In this document: positions 1-13,399 of the stretch, one piece after another | Layout: every line of letters begins with the position of its first letter | Position numbering within the stretch: the first letter of the stretch is position 1 | From: Haliotis rufescens | Taxonomy: Eukaryota | Length of the DNA stretch: 64,000 nt | Assembly: GCF_023055435.1 (NCBI RefSeq) | Contig: NW_025963868.1 | Span: forward strand, 11,656,001 to 11,720,000 | Direction: 5' to 3' | The notes under the pieces: model-generated | The model's database searches: none | What the model was told of the DNA's origin: nothing | Seen by the model: only the letters and a program-made list of their open reading frames with translations | Program-made: the position numbers and the translations under genes

Positions 1-2071
1 AGTGTGCACTGGTATTTTATTGAATTATTATGATATTGATTACTTCCTGGCCAAATATTCATACTTCCTGATGACCCACCCATGTTGGTATGTTGTTTAA
101 CACATAGGCTGACACTGCAGCTAAACAGGGCTTCATCAATATTCCCACCAGTTATTCCATATAATGATTATATGCCCTGAATTATAGCTTACATTCGGGA
201 CCTCATATAAAACAAGCAGTTCAACAAGTGTGTTTTTGCAAGGGATTCTTTTTCCAATGTCACAGGATCGTTATATCGCTCTCGTGGAGGTCAGATTTTG
301 AAATACTTGAAATACATGTAATTCAGTAATGAATTCATTTGGTATGATCATATTTTAGAGAGATGCTTGATGCAATGTTATTCAGGGATGTAATGTTATT
401 GTCCATGACAATGTCACGTAAATCTTGTCAAGGTATGTACCATTTATCACGCAAATTTCGCGTGTTGTTATCTTAAGAATGTTTTTAAAATTACCCACAA
501 CAAGCATCAGCTAAGTTGTTGATTCAAGTCTTGTTGAAGTACTGTAAGTCCCCATGGTCCCCAGTAGTGTGGTTTGGCTATTGATGGTGGTGGTCTGCAG
601 CCTAGTATCTTAATACTACACAGTGTATCGTAATACTGATCTAAATTTTGATTTCAATGATTAATGTTAGTATTTCAACCAGTTTGTTGTAAATGTACAA
701 TTTGTGATATCTCGCTTATATTTCCCTGCCAAATGTCACAGGTTATATGTAGGCTGTGTTAGCAAACACCAAGGAACGTTAGACAGAGCTTTCTTCCCAA
801 ACAACTATCCACATCCGGGGCGTATATTCAAACGAATCGTGACATATTGTGAATACGTGGCACTTGTTATGGATACTGAAATTATATCTTTATTCTGTGT
901 CTCGATTTTTCAGGGTCCCTTAATTAGATGATGAATAGTGTCATATACTAACACTTTTTTGTTAAAATGATTGTCGCCACAAGGTTCCCGTGTAGATCCA
1001 GAAGTATGCATGAAAGCGTATGCGCATATTGGTATAATGACGGTTGTACATGTATTGATAAAGCTTCACAATGACTGGTCATGGTGCATTAGTTTAAATG
1101 ATTATGTTTACAGGCCCAAAGCACCATTTAGAATCACCTTAAACTATAAGCTAAAACAGTAGAAAAGAGTCACTAATAACATTAGTGCATTGCACAGTAA
1201 CATTGGATGAGTAGCCTTTTGCGCCTCTGTCTACTTTATTCCTGAGGGCGATTCAAATATTGTACCAATCTGCATCACCAAACCTTGATCTGGTGTGACG
1301 ATCTTACACCTGCACCACTGGGCTCCCACGCCGCCCCATAACAATAACCGGGACATCACGCACGGAACACTTTCACTGATAAGTTCCCGTTGGATCACGA
1401 TTATGTACAGATGCCTATAGAATAAATTAGAATTATTTCAGGTTATAAGTTGACAAACATATCAACACGTATCCTCTAAATTTCTAACTAATCTGTGCCT
1501 GTCCAAACTCGTCAACAGTCTCCACGCGATATCAGGATTATTCATAAGTATTGTGCCCAAATGCACATGTAAAATGTCATTATTTAATTGAATGGATATG
1601 CCTTAATAATTTTATACGAACACGCACACGCACATATTGAGTAGCTTCAATGCATGTAAATAGAATAACCTATTCCTCATTGTGTGATCTTTGCTATTTA
1701 GCTGAAACAATGTATTTGCGCACACATAGAAACTCTCACCTTTGACTGCTATGATGCAGGAATCATTGTGAGCTTTTGATCCAGTAAGGTACATATTTGT
1801 CACATATACCCTCTAGAAGGGAAGAAGGGTTGTCTGTCAAATATAAATCAATTTAATTATTTTATATTTTATGCAGATACATTTTTTTCAAGACGAGAAG
1901 TGTGGTGATGAGGCACATTGTGAAAAGTATTTGAAACATATATCATTGATTTAATTTCCTGTTCAGTATCAATGTATTTGTCTACAATAAGCTTGTTACT
2001 TTTGGACAATTTTATGGAATATCATCCAGTGTTACATTAAGTATTTATCATAGGTGTTTTCACCTTTCCAC

Positions 2072-2160
2072 ACAATGTGTGAAGCCCATTCCTGGTGTCC
2101 CCCGCCGTGATATTGCTGGGATATTGCTAAAGCTGCGTAAAACCATACTCACTCACTCAC
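2072..2160 (+). mobile_element. SINE family 1, 3' fragment
   Basis: acaatgtgtgaagcccatt..ggtgtcccccgccgtgatattgctgg...aaaccatactcactcact, the reverse complement of the longer copies in the window. Confidence 0.8.
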
Positions 2161-2439
2161 CTTTGCACTTGGCGCGACATCAACTGCAAAACAATCAATG
2201 TCAACGCTTACGTGTTTGTATATTTTGTTGTCCCACACTACTTCTGTTATTCTTTTGATTATCAAGTCGAACGTCAATTAAAACAATACCTATCGTATTA
2301 TATCAGTACAGATTTACATGTTCTTGGCATTAATAAATTCTGATATCACTGAACATATGTGTCTGGTATAAGGGGAATCTAATGGAAATAGGCTCTTCTT
2401 ACAATGAGATTTTTCATTTTGTTGCTTTCATCCTTGCAG

Positions 2440-3141
2440 GAACTACATCGACATCTACAGGTACGTGTAATTTGTGCTGAGATTTATGAAAAACAGATTG
2501 CTTTATGATACATGTGTGTGATCCAGTTGTAAGATCCATTCATTTGTAATCAAACATGTTGTACAACATATATTTATTTCAAAACTGACTCCATATATAG
2601 GTGTAAACTATCATCAATAAGCCATTAAAGCAAGGGCAGACCAAATTGGAATGGTCATCAGCAATGGCCATGAAGTCATACTTTGGATTTTGGTTTCTCT
2701 GGGGTTTCGAAGTGTTATATATAAGTGTACGATTAATTGTCCTTTTGTCATCTTTTAGTGAAATCCGCCAACTCCACCATCTCCATTACCTCCTCAACTA
2801 CCTCAACCACGTCACCCACCTCAACCACCACCCTGACTGCCTTCACCACCTTTACCAAGTCAAATACTCCTGCTGTCAGTCAAGCATCTGTCCCCGTTTA
2901 CCTTATCATAGGTCTAGTGGCAGCATTGCTCGTGGTGCTCATCATCATCTTTGTCCTGGTTGTCTGCCGCAACAGAATCGCACGGGTTGCACGGAGGTAC
3001 ATCGTTACAAGGAAGAGGCCGCAGGTTCAAGAGTTGAGGAAAAATGAGAAGGCTAACAAGGGGAGACGTATGTCCGACATCAACCCTAACAAAAAGTCAG
3101 ACTTTGTGAGATCTGTCCTGGGATCAAATGTTGATCCTTGA
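2440..3141 (+). CDS. 3' part of a type I membrane protein gene (Ser/Thr-rich stalk, TM helix, basic cytoplasmic tail); 5' exons not identified, probably upstream of the window
   Basis: Phase-1 micro-exon 2440-2460 (ttgcag|GAACTACATCGACATCTACAG|gtacgt, xTTSTST) and terminal exon 2759-3141 after tcttttag: VKSANSTISITSSTTSTTSPTSTTTLTAF...VPVYLIIGLVAALLVVLIIIFVLVVC-RNRIARVARR...NVDP*. Confidence 0.7.
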
Positions 3142-4665
3142 TTCAAGATAATGGCCATAAAGATAGGCACAGTGGATATTATGCAATAAGAACATTTATT
3201 TTGAAAATTTATCTGCGAGTCTGTGTTGGATTATCTGTTTCTCTCAATGGAAGTTTACAACATACTCGATAGTAAGTGAGTCATGTGTAATGTGATGTTT
3301 ATGCGTTCGTGGGTTACGAGATCACGCACGATTAGCAGGACGACTTTCTGCGTGTCATGGATTATATGGAACGATGTGAGTTATTGAACGAATCCTTCAC
3401 TGTAGAGGTTCTGAAAAACTTTTAGTAGATAAAATAAACCGAGTAGTCAGTGTTGCCTCCATTTTCTCCCAGTATGATATTTTGTACCAGTGTATTACTT
3501 ATAGATACGGAAGCGAGGATGACCCAGTCGTTCATGGCGCCGTGCATAGTTGAGTCAGTCCAAATAATATGAGTTCGAATTCCAAATTCGCACTGTTTTG
3601 TGGTCTTTTGTTTGTCACCTCCAGACCCGTGTTCTAATTAAATAACGCGACAAAACCCTTTCCATATCCAATGGAAATATCTGCATAAAACAGAGTCTAT
3701 TGAACGATTCACGACTATACCATGAGCATGTGCTTATGAATCACTATCAAACAGACAAGCATCACTTTGAGCTTTGCCACCACATGAGGCACGTAATAAC
3801 ATTAATGAACTATTGAATCTCATAACCGACCTCAGCCAGAGAACATTTTGCAGTTATTTTGTCATCTTGAAAATACATAGTTCCACCATGCTACAAATCA
3901 TTAAACATAATGATGAGTAAGTTGCACGGTGAATGGAATTTATGTCAAGGAAACACTTTTTACATTCAAAGACTTTTATTCGAAACATGTTTTGTTCACT
4001 TTTTTATCTTGTTGTATATGTACTTGAACTTTTTGTTATTTAGTCTTCTACTTGAATTTTTATACAACCATGTGTACTTGTACTTAATGTAATCACTTAT
4101 TTTGTTAAGAACTTGCTGATCACTTAAATCAGCTTCTGTTTTTAAGAGTTTTCAGGAAGAAACACTTGACCCGGACTCAATAATGTTTTGCTGTGTATGT
4201 CGATATTGATACCGCCACATGTGTTGTTATCAGTGCGTTAACGCAACACCAATATATCATATGTTCACTGTATATCACCATATCACTGTATCAGCTGTAC
4301 GTTGTCTTGTCTTCACTATAAATAGATCATAGTGCGTCCTGATTGCTGGAGATATATTTGTTGTTGACTTGGATACTTGTTTGTTGGGAGGCATATGTGT
4401 CAGGATTCCAACATGGGTACAATGCTTGATGTATATTTCTGGTGTCCCCTCGCTTTGACATTAACGGGTTATTCCTGAAGTAGACAACACTTGATTGAAA
4501 ACTGTTTGCGTGATGAGACAATATTTCTTTGTTGATGTGGCTGACCATCTCTCACAGGAAGTAAAAACATCATAAGACACAAGGGGGAGGTGAAGGTGAA
4601 GGTCAAAGGTCATACCGTGAGTTATCAAACTAAACCAAGAGATTATCAAACTTTTCAAATAAGTG

Positions 4666-4773
4666 ACACACACGCACATAAACACACAAACACACACAAG
4701 CACAAACACACACACTCAAACACACTCACACAAACACACACAAGCACACACTCACACACACACACACACACAC
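4666..4773. repeat. Imperfect (CA)n microsatellite
   Basis: Directly visible in the sequence. Confidence 0.95.
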
Positions 4774-5664
4774 AGTCAGTGAGTTAATATAATCAGCTCA
4801 TTAATAAGCCAACAGTTACAACATGACTGATGTGGACAAATCAGTTACAAAATGTTCTTAAATGGGAAAATGACATGGTGTATAATTCAACTGTTTGAAT
4901 ACAACTGCAGTGGACACAATCAAGATGATATGTAGACGAGAAAAGAACACGATGTGTAGATTGAAACAGAACGTGACATATAATTGCTTATTGCGTGTAA
5001 GTTCTCTGAAAGGCATTTAGACGTTGGAGTACAAAGTAAGGATAACATATATGGATGAACAACTTCTTTATTACAATTAGGAGCGACGTTTCGGTGTAGG
5101 TTCTAACAACGTTATCAATTAAGCAAGTGATAGTGTACAGTCGGAAACAAAAGATAGTGTGTAGACCGGAACAAGATCTTTATCGACTGGAACAGGACAT
5201 ATAATATAGACCGGAACACCGAGTGAGGTGTATATGTGTACGGTAGTATTCGAAATAAAAGTACAATGACAATAAAGAGATTACTTTCCTTCCGCCATTT
5301 GCCTTCGCTACCATACTGACCTACACCAGAGTACATGCCTACACCATTACACCACTACATGTCTGTGATGTAATCGATAAATCAGTTAGACAAACTTCCT
5401 ACATCACGTGAAATGGTCGAATCACAGACTAGCTGACGCATTGATAGAAAGCACTTGTTGTACACACATTGCTACGCGGAAGCTGTCAAAATAACGTGTT
5501 CCGATGAATGCTATCGCAGTAACTGAATAAGGTCACATGTACATTATCGCTATCTACAAATGTGTATACAAATATACAATGAATTGTGTCTCGGTACTTC
5601 AAGTAGAACTGATTTGGGAAATCAAAGGCAGTTAATTCGTGCTGTTTAATGCACATTCAGTATT

Positions 5665-5943
5665 GGGGGGCACGGGTGGCCCAGTCGTCAAAGGCGCCGC
5701 GATTCGCTGTGCAGAATTGTGGCCCTTGGGCACGCCAGAAACCTATGATTGTGGGTTCGAATCCCGGTTCGAACCGATTATGTTTCTAGGTTTGTCAGCA
5801 ATACCCGTGCTCGTGGGTTTCACCGAAGTGGTAAACGTCTGAGACCTGCATTACTTCGGGCTTTCCTTCTACGTTAAGCTGACACGCCGTGATATAACTG
5901 GAATACTGTTAATAGCGGCCTTAAACCCAACTCACTCACTCAC
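5665..5943 (+). mobile_element. tRNA-derived SINE family 2 (other copies: 44131-44410 +, 61496-61773 +, 55635-55916 -, partial 41302-41500 - and 40978-41070 -)
   Basis: GGGGGCACGGGTGGCCCAGTCG (A box-like) ... GGGTTCGAATCCC (B box), (ACTC)n tail, multiple near-identical dispersed copies; flanked here by a cacattcagtatt direct repeat. Confidence 0.85.
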
Positions 5944-6278
5944 ATTCAGTATTATTCGTGTTTTTTCGCGGCGGCCTCTGAAACGCGTTGAGAGGCTGAT
6001 GTTTTGAGTCCCACGCCATCGGGTACGATGACACGCAATCGGCTGAGTCACGGAGACTGACTACCGGCACCAATCACTTCTTACCACCTATGCATGTCGT
6101 AAGAAGCGACACAATGTATCGGTCGGGGAGGCTCGGTGGCTTGGTTGATTGACACCCTGGAGGTGTGACACGTCGCAAGTAGAATCAATTACTGGATTGT
6201 CTAGTGCTGACACAATTGTTTACAAGCCACAGCGATATAGTTAAAGTATTGCTCACTGAGGCGTGAAGCACCAGATCA

Positions 6279-6435
6279 TGTGAGTAAGTGAATATTGTTT
6301 TACGCCGCTTTTTGCAATATTCCAGCAACATCACGGCGGGGACACGAGCGCTTTACACATTCTTCCCGTGAAGGGAATCGAACCCGTGTTCGGGACGAGC
6401 GAACGCTTTAACCTTTAGGCTACTCCTCCGCCCCT
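6279..6435 (-). mobile_element. tRNA-derived SINE family 1
   Basis: gagtgagt tail, ggttttacgccgcttttagcaatattccagc core and gggaatcgaaccc (B box on the minus strand). Confidence 0.8.
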
Positions 6436-8149
6436 TCCACACCAAGATACATACATACCATCTAGTGATGGCGTAAATGCAGCTCACTCACTCTCTCAAG
6501 AACATCCAGGGGGTGATGTAAGTGTCCATGATACCCATCTGGGTCGTCTTAATGGTGCTGGGGATGTTTTACTGACAGGTTATAAAACAACACGATTCTT
6601 ATCGTCGCCAGCTTAGACCTCATGTGACGTACATGCATACATTTACTGATTCACCGATTGTGTCATTCCTAATGTCCAGGGTAGATCAGAGCCCAACACC
6701 ACAATAAGGGACACCTGTTATGCAGTGCGTTACCTGGTTGAGTGGATCATGGATCATGTTATTAACAACTGATCTGTCGGACTAATATTTGAACGTTGGC
6801 ATTATTGCCTTCTGTATCATGAAACAATCGGTCACATATTGTTTAGTTTGTCTTCTCAGTCACGTTAGCCCGACTATGCTTAATGGATATGCAGTTGATA
6901 CAATCAATACGGTAACAGGAGAGAATCCGTTCGCAAAGAGACAATTGTTTAGGTACATTATATTTTTTTGAATATCCGTTTGTCTCTATGGAACCCTGGG
7001 GCAGCAATGTTATTCATATACATACACGTGATGCAAGTGTTATTCGTTGACACGTAGAACCCAGGAGACGTATAAGTTGAACGATGGACATTTTACATCA
7101 TATACCAAATCATGTCTGTCCGTTTGTTGTTTAACACCACACTCAGCAATATTCCAGCTATATGACGGCGGTCTGTAAATACAAGCCCCACATGTGCAAG
7201 TATTACTGAAAAGTGTTCCCCTATGGTTGCTATGATAGAACAAAAGTATTCCCCTTGCATCCAAGTCCGCCCGTATCACGGAGGAGAATTCAGTATAAAT
7301 TTACTCTTAGAGAAATGGAATTAAAAAATACCAGATACATTAGCTTTTGATTGATGAAGGAAACTGGCAAAAGAGAAGTAAAAGCTTTATTTTGAATAAA
7401 GAAACAGTTACATAAAGTTACATTCAATAGCCCTTACGAAGCTAGAAATAACAGATCAAACACTCATGTCCATTTACCTTCCATGAATTATGTGGCTATC
7501 ATATCGTTATTTGGCTAGTGTAGCTCTATCAGGCGATCATAGCTTTATTTTGCTTGGGCAGTTTCAATAGTTTGTTATAACGAACTTATTGTAGCCTGCG
7601 TCGCATACATATCAAACATATCGGCAGGTTACCCGAGGCTGCTTTGTGAGAACTGCCACTGTCAAGATCCGACAGTAAAACTTAAATTAACAAGTATCAA
7701 TACCACCAAACTTTACGCGCGACTATCTGAACATAGTTTCTGCAAAATTTCATTGCATGTAATTATTTCTTGGCAAACCAAATATATGTTATAATTATAC
7801 GGCAAGTGTACTGTGGCAGGTCAGTTGCATTCTGCTCTTAATAATTTGTGAACACGCCTACTATCAAACTCTGAATAGCGACCCGTTCCATTCTATCCAC
7901 AATAACGGGTAGGTATTCATCGTTATCTAAATAAAAGCGACAAAACTTTTCCATGGTCATAAAAAAACAAAAAAACTTGATTCCTACTCTATCTAAACCA
8001 GGAAATAAAAGTTCCCTTAGAGTGGTTGGTGACTGCACAGCCACGTTGTATGCGGCTCGGTGTAGGGCATGGTGTGTAGTGACTGGTTTTACAGTATTTT
8101 AGCAGCCTTCAAGGGACATTCACGAGAGTGTATTCGATGTGCCGGTAAC

Positions 8150-11100
8150 ATGGGATTTCTCACATACCTGACTACTCTGTTGTGGATAGGACGGATTGTT
8201 GACACACGTAGGTTTCCCTTTGTCATTATACAAAGTATTGAATTATCTATGTACATATATATATTGTGCAATGGTGTATAAAGTGTAAATAGCAATCACA
8301 GTATTTAAAAGTACTCCCTCACCACGTTTCTTTGTGTACGCTGATGGAATTCCAACATGACTGGTGTTGAAGAAAGACAAAGTACGAAAATCTCTACCTG
8401 TTTGCCTGATTTATTCTAATGTATGTTGGAATGTTGCAGGTGGTTTCCCTCTAGAACTCACTCAGTTCCAGTCAGGCGATGATGTCACCTTAGTCTGCAC
8501 CGCAACTAACACCACTATCAAGATTGAGTTTACACAATGGTACATGGATGACGTACGAGTTCTCATGTCAGTGTCTGCAGGGAATGTATGTCTAAAACAC
8601 CCACCTACCAGCACAGGCGATACTTATGCATATCGTTACGACCTATACATATCAACGGATGTCAGTGTAAGCTGTGGTTACCTCCAACACAACATGACAC
8701 TAACTACAACTCAATACCTCCATGCTGGGACTGTGTGGCGGTGTGAGGATCAACGCAAGAGAGTCAGTAACAACCTTACTTCAGGTATGATCTATCTGTT
8801 TCATTTCGTGCGCATATATTCTTTTATTTACATTTACATGTCCTTGTAATCTCACGCATCATGTTGTGACACACTGTACATGTATCAATGCAGATATACC
8901 TCAGTCGGTATGCATGATCAATAACTATATTTACAACACGGACACCCAAAGATACATTAATACTTTTAGAAGTGATGTGAAATGGGATTTAACGTCCCTT
9001 GCATGTTTATTGNNNNNNNNNNNNNNNNNNNNNNNNNNNNNNNNNNNNNNNNNNNNNNNNNNNNNNNNNNNNNNNNNNNNNNNNNNNNNNNNNNNNNNNN
9101 NNNNNNNNNNNNNNNNNNNNNNNNNNNNNNNNNNNNNNNNNNNNNNNNNNNNNNNNNTTGCAAATATACTAGCCCAGACTAATGCAGGTTTCATAGTGCT
9201 AGCCCACAAAGATATCATGCACTACTTTAACATGATTACCCCACTCAGACACATTACGCTCGGAAGCGACAAGTCCTTGTTGTATTCCCTTGACTCAGTG
9301 CACCGGGCAGGGCAACAACAAGTACCATCTTTTCACATTTTTTAGAATTACACGGCCGGAGATCGAACATCCAACCATTAGACCACATTGTTATTGTGTG
9401 TTAGATATTGAGCCAGTAAATGTCATAATTAACTTATATTATTTGTGTCTGCAGACATTCTAGGGACTGCGTATGAGTCAACTCCACCACTGACTGCATC
9501 AGCAACAACGATCGCCACAGACAGAGCTATTCATGGTAGTTGTGCACCAACTAACTAAACTAACGTTTGCATACAGTGTATATCATATTTAGAGAGACTT
9601 TGTATTAACACCAGTTATCATATTTAAACTTATGCCGACATAAGTCATGTACTTGTATACTTATTAAGCTAAAGGTTTGGCAGTACAATGTATATTAGTT
9701 TTAGGAAAAGTCTGGAACATATATAATACAACTATGATTACCCATAGGGTTAGAAAAGACCGAGTTCATGAAAAATGCATGTGTACTAGTGCAAAAGACA
9801 TTGTTTCCGTCCTTCTGATGGCATTGTTGAAGTCATTTAATCCTTTTGATGCTGAAGGTCGGAATAGCGTCACACTGGAAAAGACGCCATAGATGAAGTT
9901 TGTTCAGGCCACTCGACATTTGTGGTTTTCTGAAACTGCGATCCTGCTCAGTGCAGTTTTCTAAACGGGAGATCAAAAGAATTAGGAAGTAATACATCAG
10001 TATGACAACTTTTACAGACACATGATCTAGGACATAATATCAATATGCATTGAGCCTCGTTTATTTGAGTGAGTGAGTGAGTGACTATTGTTTTACGTCG
10101 CTTTTAGCAATGTTGCAGCAATATCACGGTTGGGGACACCAGAAATGGGTTTCACACATTTTATCCAAGTGAGAAATCGAACCCTGTTCTTTGGCGTGAC
10201 GAGCGACCGCTTTAACCACTAAGCTACCCCACCGGCCCAGCATTTATTCAAAGAAACATCATGGTGATATATTTTAGTATGTTATGGCTCTTGATATTGC
10301 AGAATTTATAACAGGTCAACCCTGCTGTATGGAAGTATGTAATATTACACTATACAAGACCTACACAAATATATCACTGCTAAATAATAAATCATGGAAC
10401 AGACACCCATTACTAACGAGTAAGGTGTAAAGCCCATTAGTTTCGCTGCTTATCAATGTGTTTGTTAATATTATATTATTCAATACTTATACTAACAACC
10501 TCTATGCACAGTACAACTCATACATTTGCCAGAGACGGTATATCAGCCCAGTATTTGTTTTCTTATTTTTCTTTTTCAAGTTGTTAATAACGCCATAATC
10601 ATCATTGTTATGGCGGGAGGTGGCGTCGTGATCCTCATCATAAGTGTTCTCTGTGTATGTTTTTTGAGGAGGAGGCGAAAAGAAATTGGAAAAGCTACAC
10701 AAGGTGAACTCATTCTAAAATTGACTCAATATGATTTTTTTATATTTATTTATAGTTACTTCGATTGGCAGTTCCTATTGTTGTCCTTTGCTCGATAATA
10801 ATTTTCTCATGTTTTAATTATAGTGCGTGAGTGAGTTGGGTACAATGCAGCTTTGCACAGTATTCCAGTTGTATTAATGCGAGGCGGTATTCGTAGGTTT
10901 TTTTGCGTCCCATGAGAAGCAACATTGTACAACGAATTGCGGCGCCCTAGATGACAGGACCGCACGTCGAGTTTTACCAAAAAGAAATACCTTTTGTTTC
11001 CAATTCATAAGCCGATATTGCATACAGCCGGAGCTGACTGTAACGCCATTTATACGATCAGTGCTGATTGGATGTGAATTTATTGTTTTATAATCGAGCA

Positions 11101-11503
11101 ACAACGTAGTATTTTGTTCCGCTGCTAACAGTAGTTTCTATTGAGTATATCTAACATATATCTCAATACAAACGAAAAAAAACCGATTGATGTCTTGTGG
11201 CCTTGTATCACAGATCAAATGTATTGATGCAGCTTGCACCCGTGTGTGTAATGTAAAATATGCCTTATGTCACCAATGCTTGATTCTTAAGTTCTAAATT
11301 GTATTTGTGTTTGTGCAGATGTATCACTGGCTGATGTTGACACACCTCAGTACGACACTTTGGCTCACAATGGCAATACAGATCCCTGTTACTCAGAGAT
11401 CAAGAAAGAAACTTCCAGACAGTCCAACATACACACAAACGATGTTTACTACAACACCGTATCCAAAAATGCTGACTACGAAAACCCACCCATGAGAACA
11501 TAG
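8150..11503 (+). CDS. Gene A: single-Ig-domain type I receptor with ITAM-like tail (~263 aa)
   Basis: Exons 8150-8207 (leader MGFLTYLTTLLWIGRIVDT), 8440-8784 (Ig: TLVC..WYMD..VWRC), 9455-9535 (stalk), 10581-10703 (TM), 11319-11503 (tail ...PQYDTLAHNGNTDPCYSEI...VYYNTV..DYENP..*). All introns are GT-AG and phase 1; the total of 792 nt is an open frame. The N gap 9013-9157 lies in intron 2. Confidence 0.85.
9013..9157. other. Assembly gap (N run); second gap at 27173-27328
   Basis: N characters in the sequence. Confidence 1.
10066..10238 (-). mobile_element. tRNA-derived SINE family 1 (gene A intron)
   Basis: Full-length copy: (gagt)n ... gggacaccagaaatggg ... aatcgaaccc ... ctaccccaccg. Confidence 0.85.
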
Positions 11504-13399
11504 TAGTGTCAATCCACAGTGTTTAGACAAGCAAGTTCGTTTGTGGCATTTTCTGCCAGTATATTTGACTACAGGCATAATGACATCACGTCGTTTGTTT
11601 TTTGGGCATGGACACCATTATTTTCGAAAGAAATCTCTTCAATATCGTCGCTAAGCAAAAGTATTTGTGGGTATAACAACAAACAAATGCTTACTTTTTT
11701 TACAGTGTGAGTGACAGGTACTGCTGGTAAAGGCTGGACTTGTATACCTTTTCGCGAACACCCGGAGTTGTCGCTGAATTTCAGTTATCCATCCATACCT
11801 GTGTCATCAGTACTTTTGGGTTTGCACCAAAGGACTTTGTTTCGGCAGATGATCGAGACTGATTATTTGGTGTTGACGTTTTAAAATTTCTCAAAAAACA
11901 TTCTCCTCTCCATTAGTGTCTGCATAGAGCATACACATGTCCTATGCATTTTAACTGGGATTTACTATCACTTGCATTGTATATTACGTGTAAGTATCAC
12001 CTCTAACATATTTGTAAGTTCTCCCTTTGAAATCCTTTGTTACACAAACGTTACCCACGTTATATGTTATGTACATGTGAATGCCTCTTATCAGGAGTGA
12101 ATGACTGAATATCCTGAAAGAGCATTATTTAATAAACGTATCAAGTCTCTGCAATAGGCTTGTGTGCACTGGTTTGGAATTGTTGGAGTTTCTATTCAAT
12201 TCCTAATGTTCTCTTTCGTTGATAATAAAGGCTTACAAAGTTCACAGCTTAATGTCTTTGTTTGCAATTAACTCGTTATTAGAACATTTACTATCAAACA
12301 TTGCAATATAATATAACTAGATAACCATTTTCACCACCACATTATATATACTTACGATCTGGAAAAACACACGGTCAAGTTTTAATTATTCTTTGTTTAT
12401 GTATGGAGTTTAACATCGCTTTCAAGATTACATCCCGGATTTAGCTGACGTGTGTGGCTGTTAGTTCTTGTCAGAACATATGTTGCAGTTATAGTGCCAG
12501 AGCAACCGAGATATCGTGCCACTGTTTTCGGTAACTATACGCCGAGCAGGATCACAACAAGTACACTGTTAGAGCCCAACCCTGACTATAAATAGCCCGC
12601 AAGGTGGCGGTTTTAGTTTCGAACAATGACTGACAAGGTGAACACAACCGAGTGTCGAGATAAGCTTTTTGTAAACCAAACGGTAACAAAATCACCATTG
12701 ACCGTCAAACTTGAATGGCAAACATTGGGTACGACAAATGGCTCCATATCTATATACAAGTCAATACATTTTCTATAGTTTTATCATTAAAAAATCGAAT
12801 CGGTCGTGTTTGGCGTCTGCATCAAGTACAGTGGGCGGAGCTTATCAAGGGTTGTGGTTTAAATAGCAAAGCACATGGTCACATTCGATGCATTTGTGGT
12901 CAAAGTGTCTTATTGTTGTATATATATTTACGGCAGAACAGCAGTTTCTGTTAATGTAACAATAACGATACATAACTACGAAATTCACGTTAGTTACATA
13001 AGTATTAGCGACAAGATTCTTTCAGTTCAGTCCGTTAATTACAGTTACATGTTATAGACAGATCTATACCACACTATAATCATATTATATCTATGAAACT
13101 TAAACTATTACACATATTCTTCAACTAGTTTTAGGAAGAGGCCTAATTTGAAGCACCTGAAGCGGCGCCAATATTTCTCCGCTCGACTACAGTATATGAA
13201 TATGTCACGTGTATCAACATAATGCACATAAGCAACTGATAAATAAGTAACGAAATATACTTGATACTTTGACCTACATTAGGCCTGTCTAGATAACATT
13301 CTACTGACGATAAACCAAAACTCTAATGCATATATTCTAAGACAACTTTAACGATGGATTTCCTTTTCTTTCACAACATTTTCACACACAAAACTTAGT

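Noticed and set aside
5665-5775. tRNA genes at A/B-box-containing sequences
   Set aside because: They are heads of dispersed SINEs with tails and TSDs; no complete cloverleaf is evident.
8866-9345. ORFs spanning N runs (also 27040-27413)
   Set aside because: Artefacts of assembly gaps.
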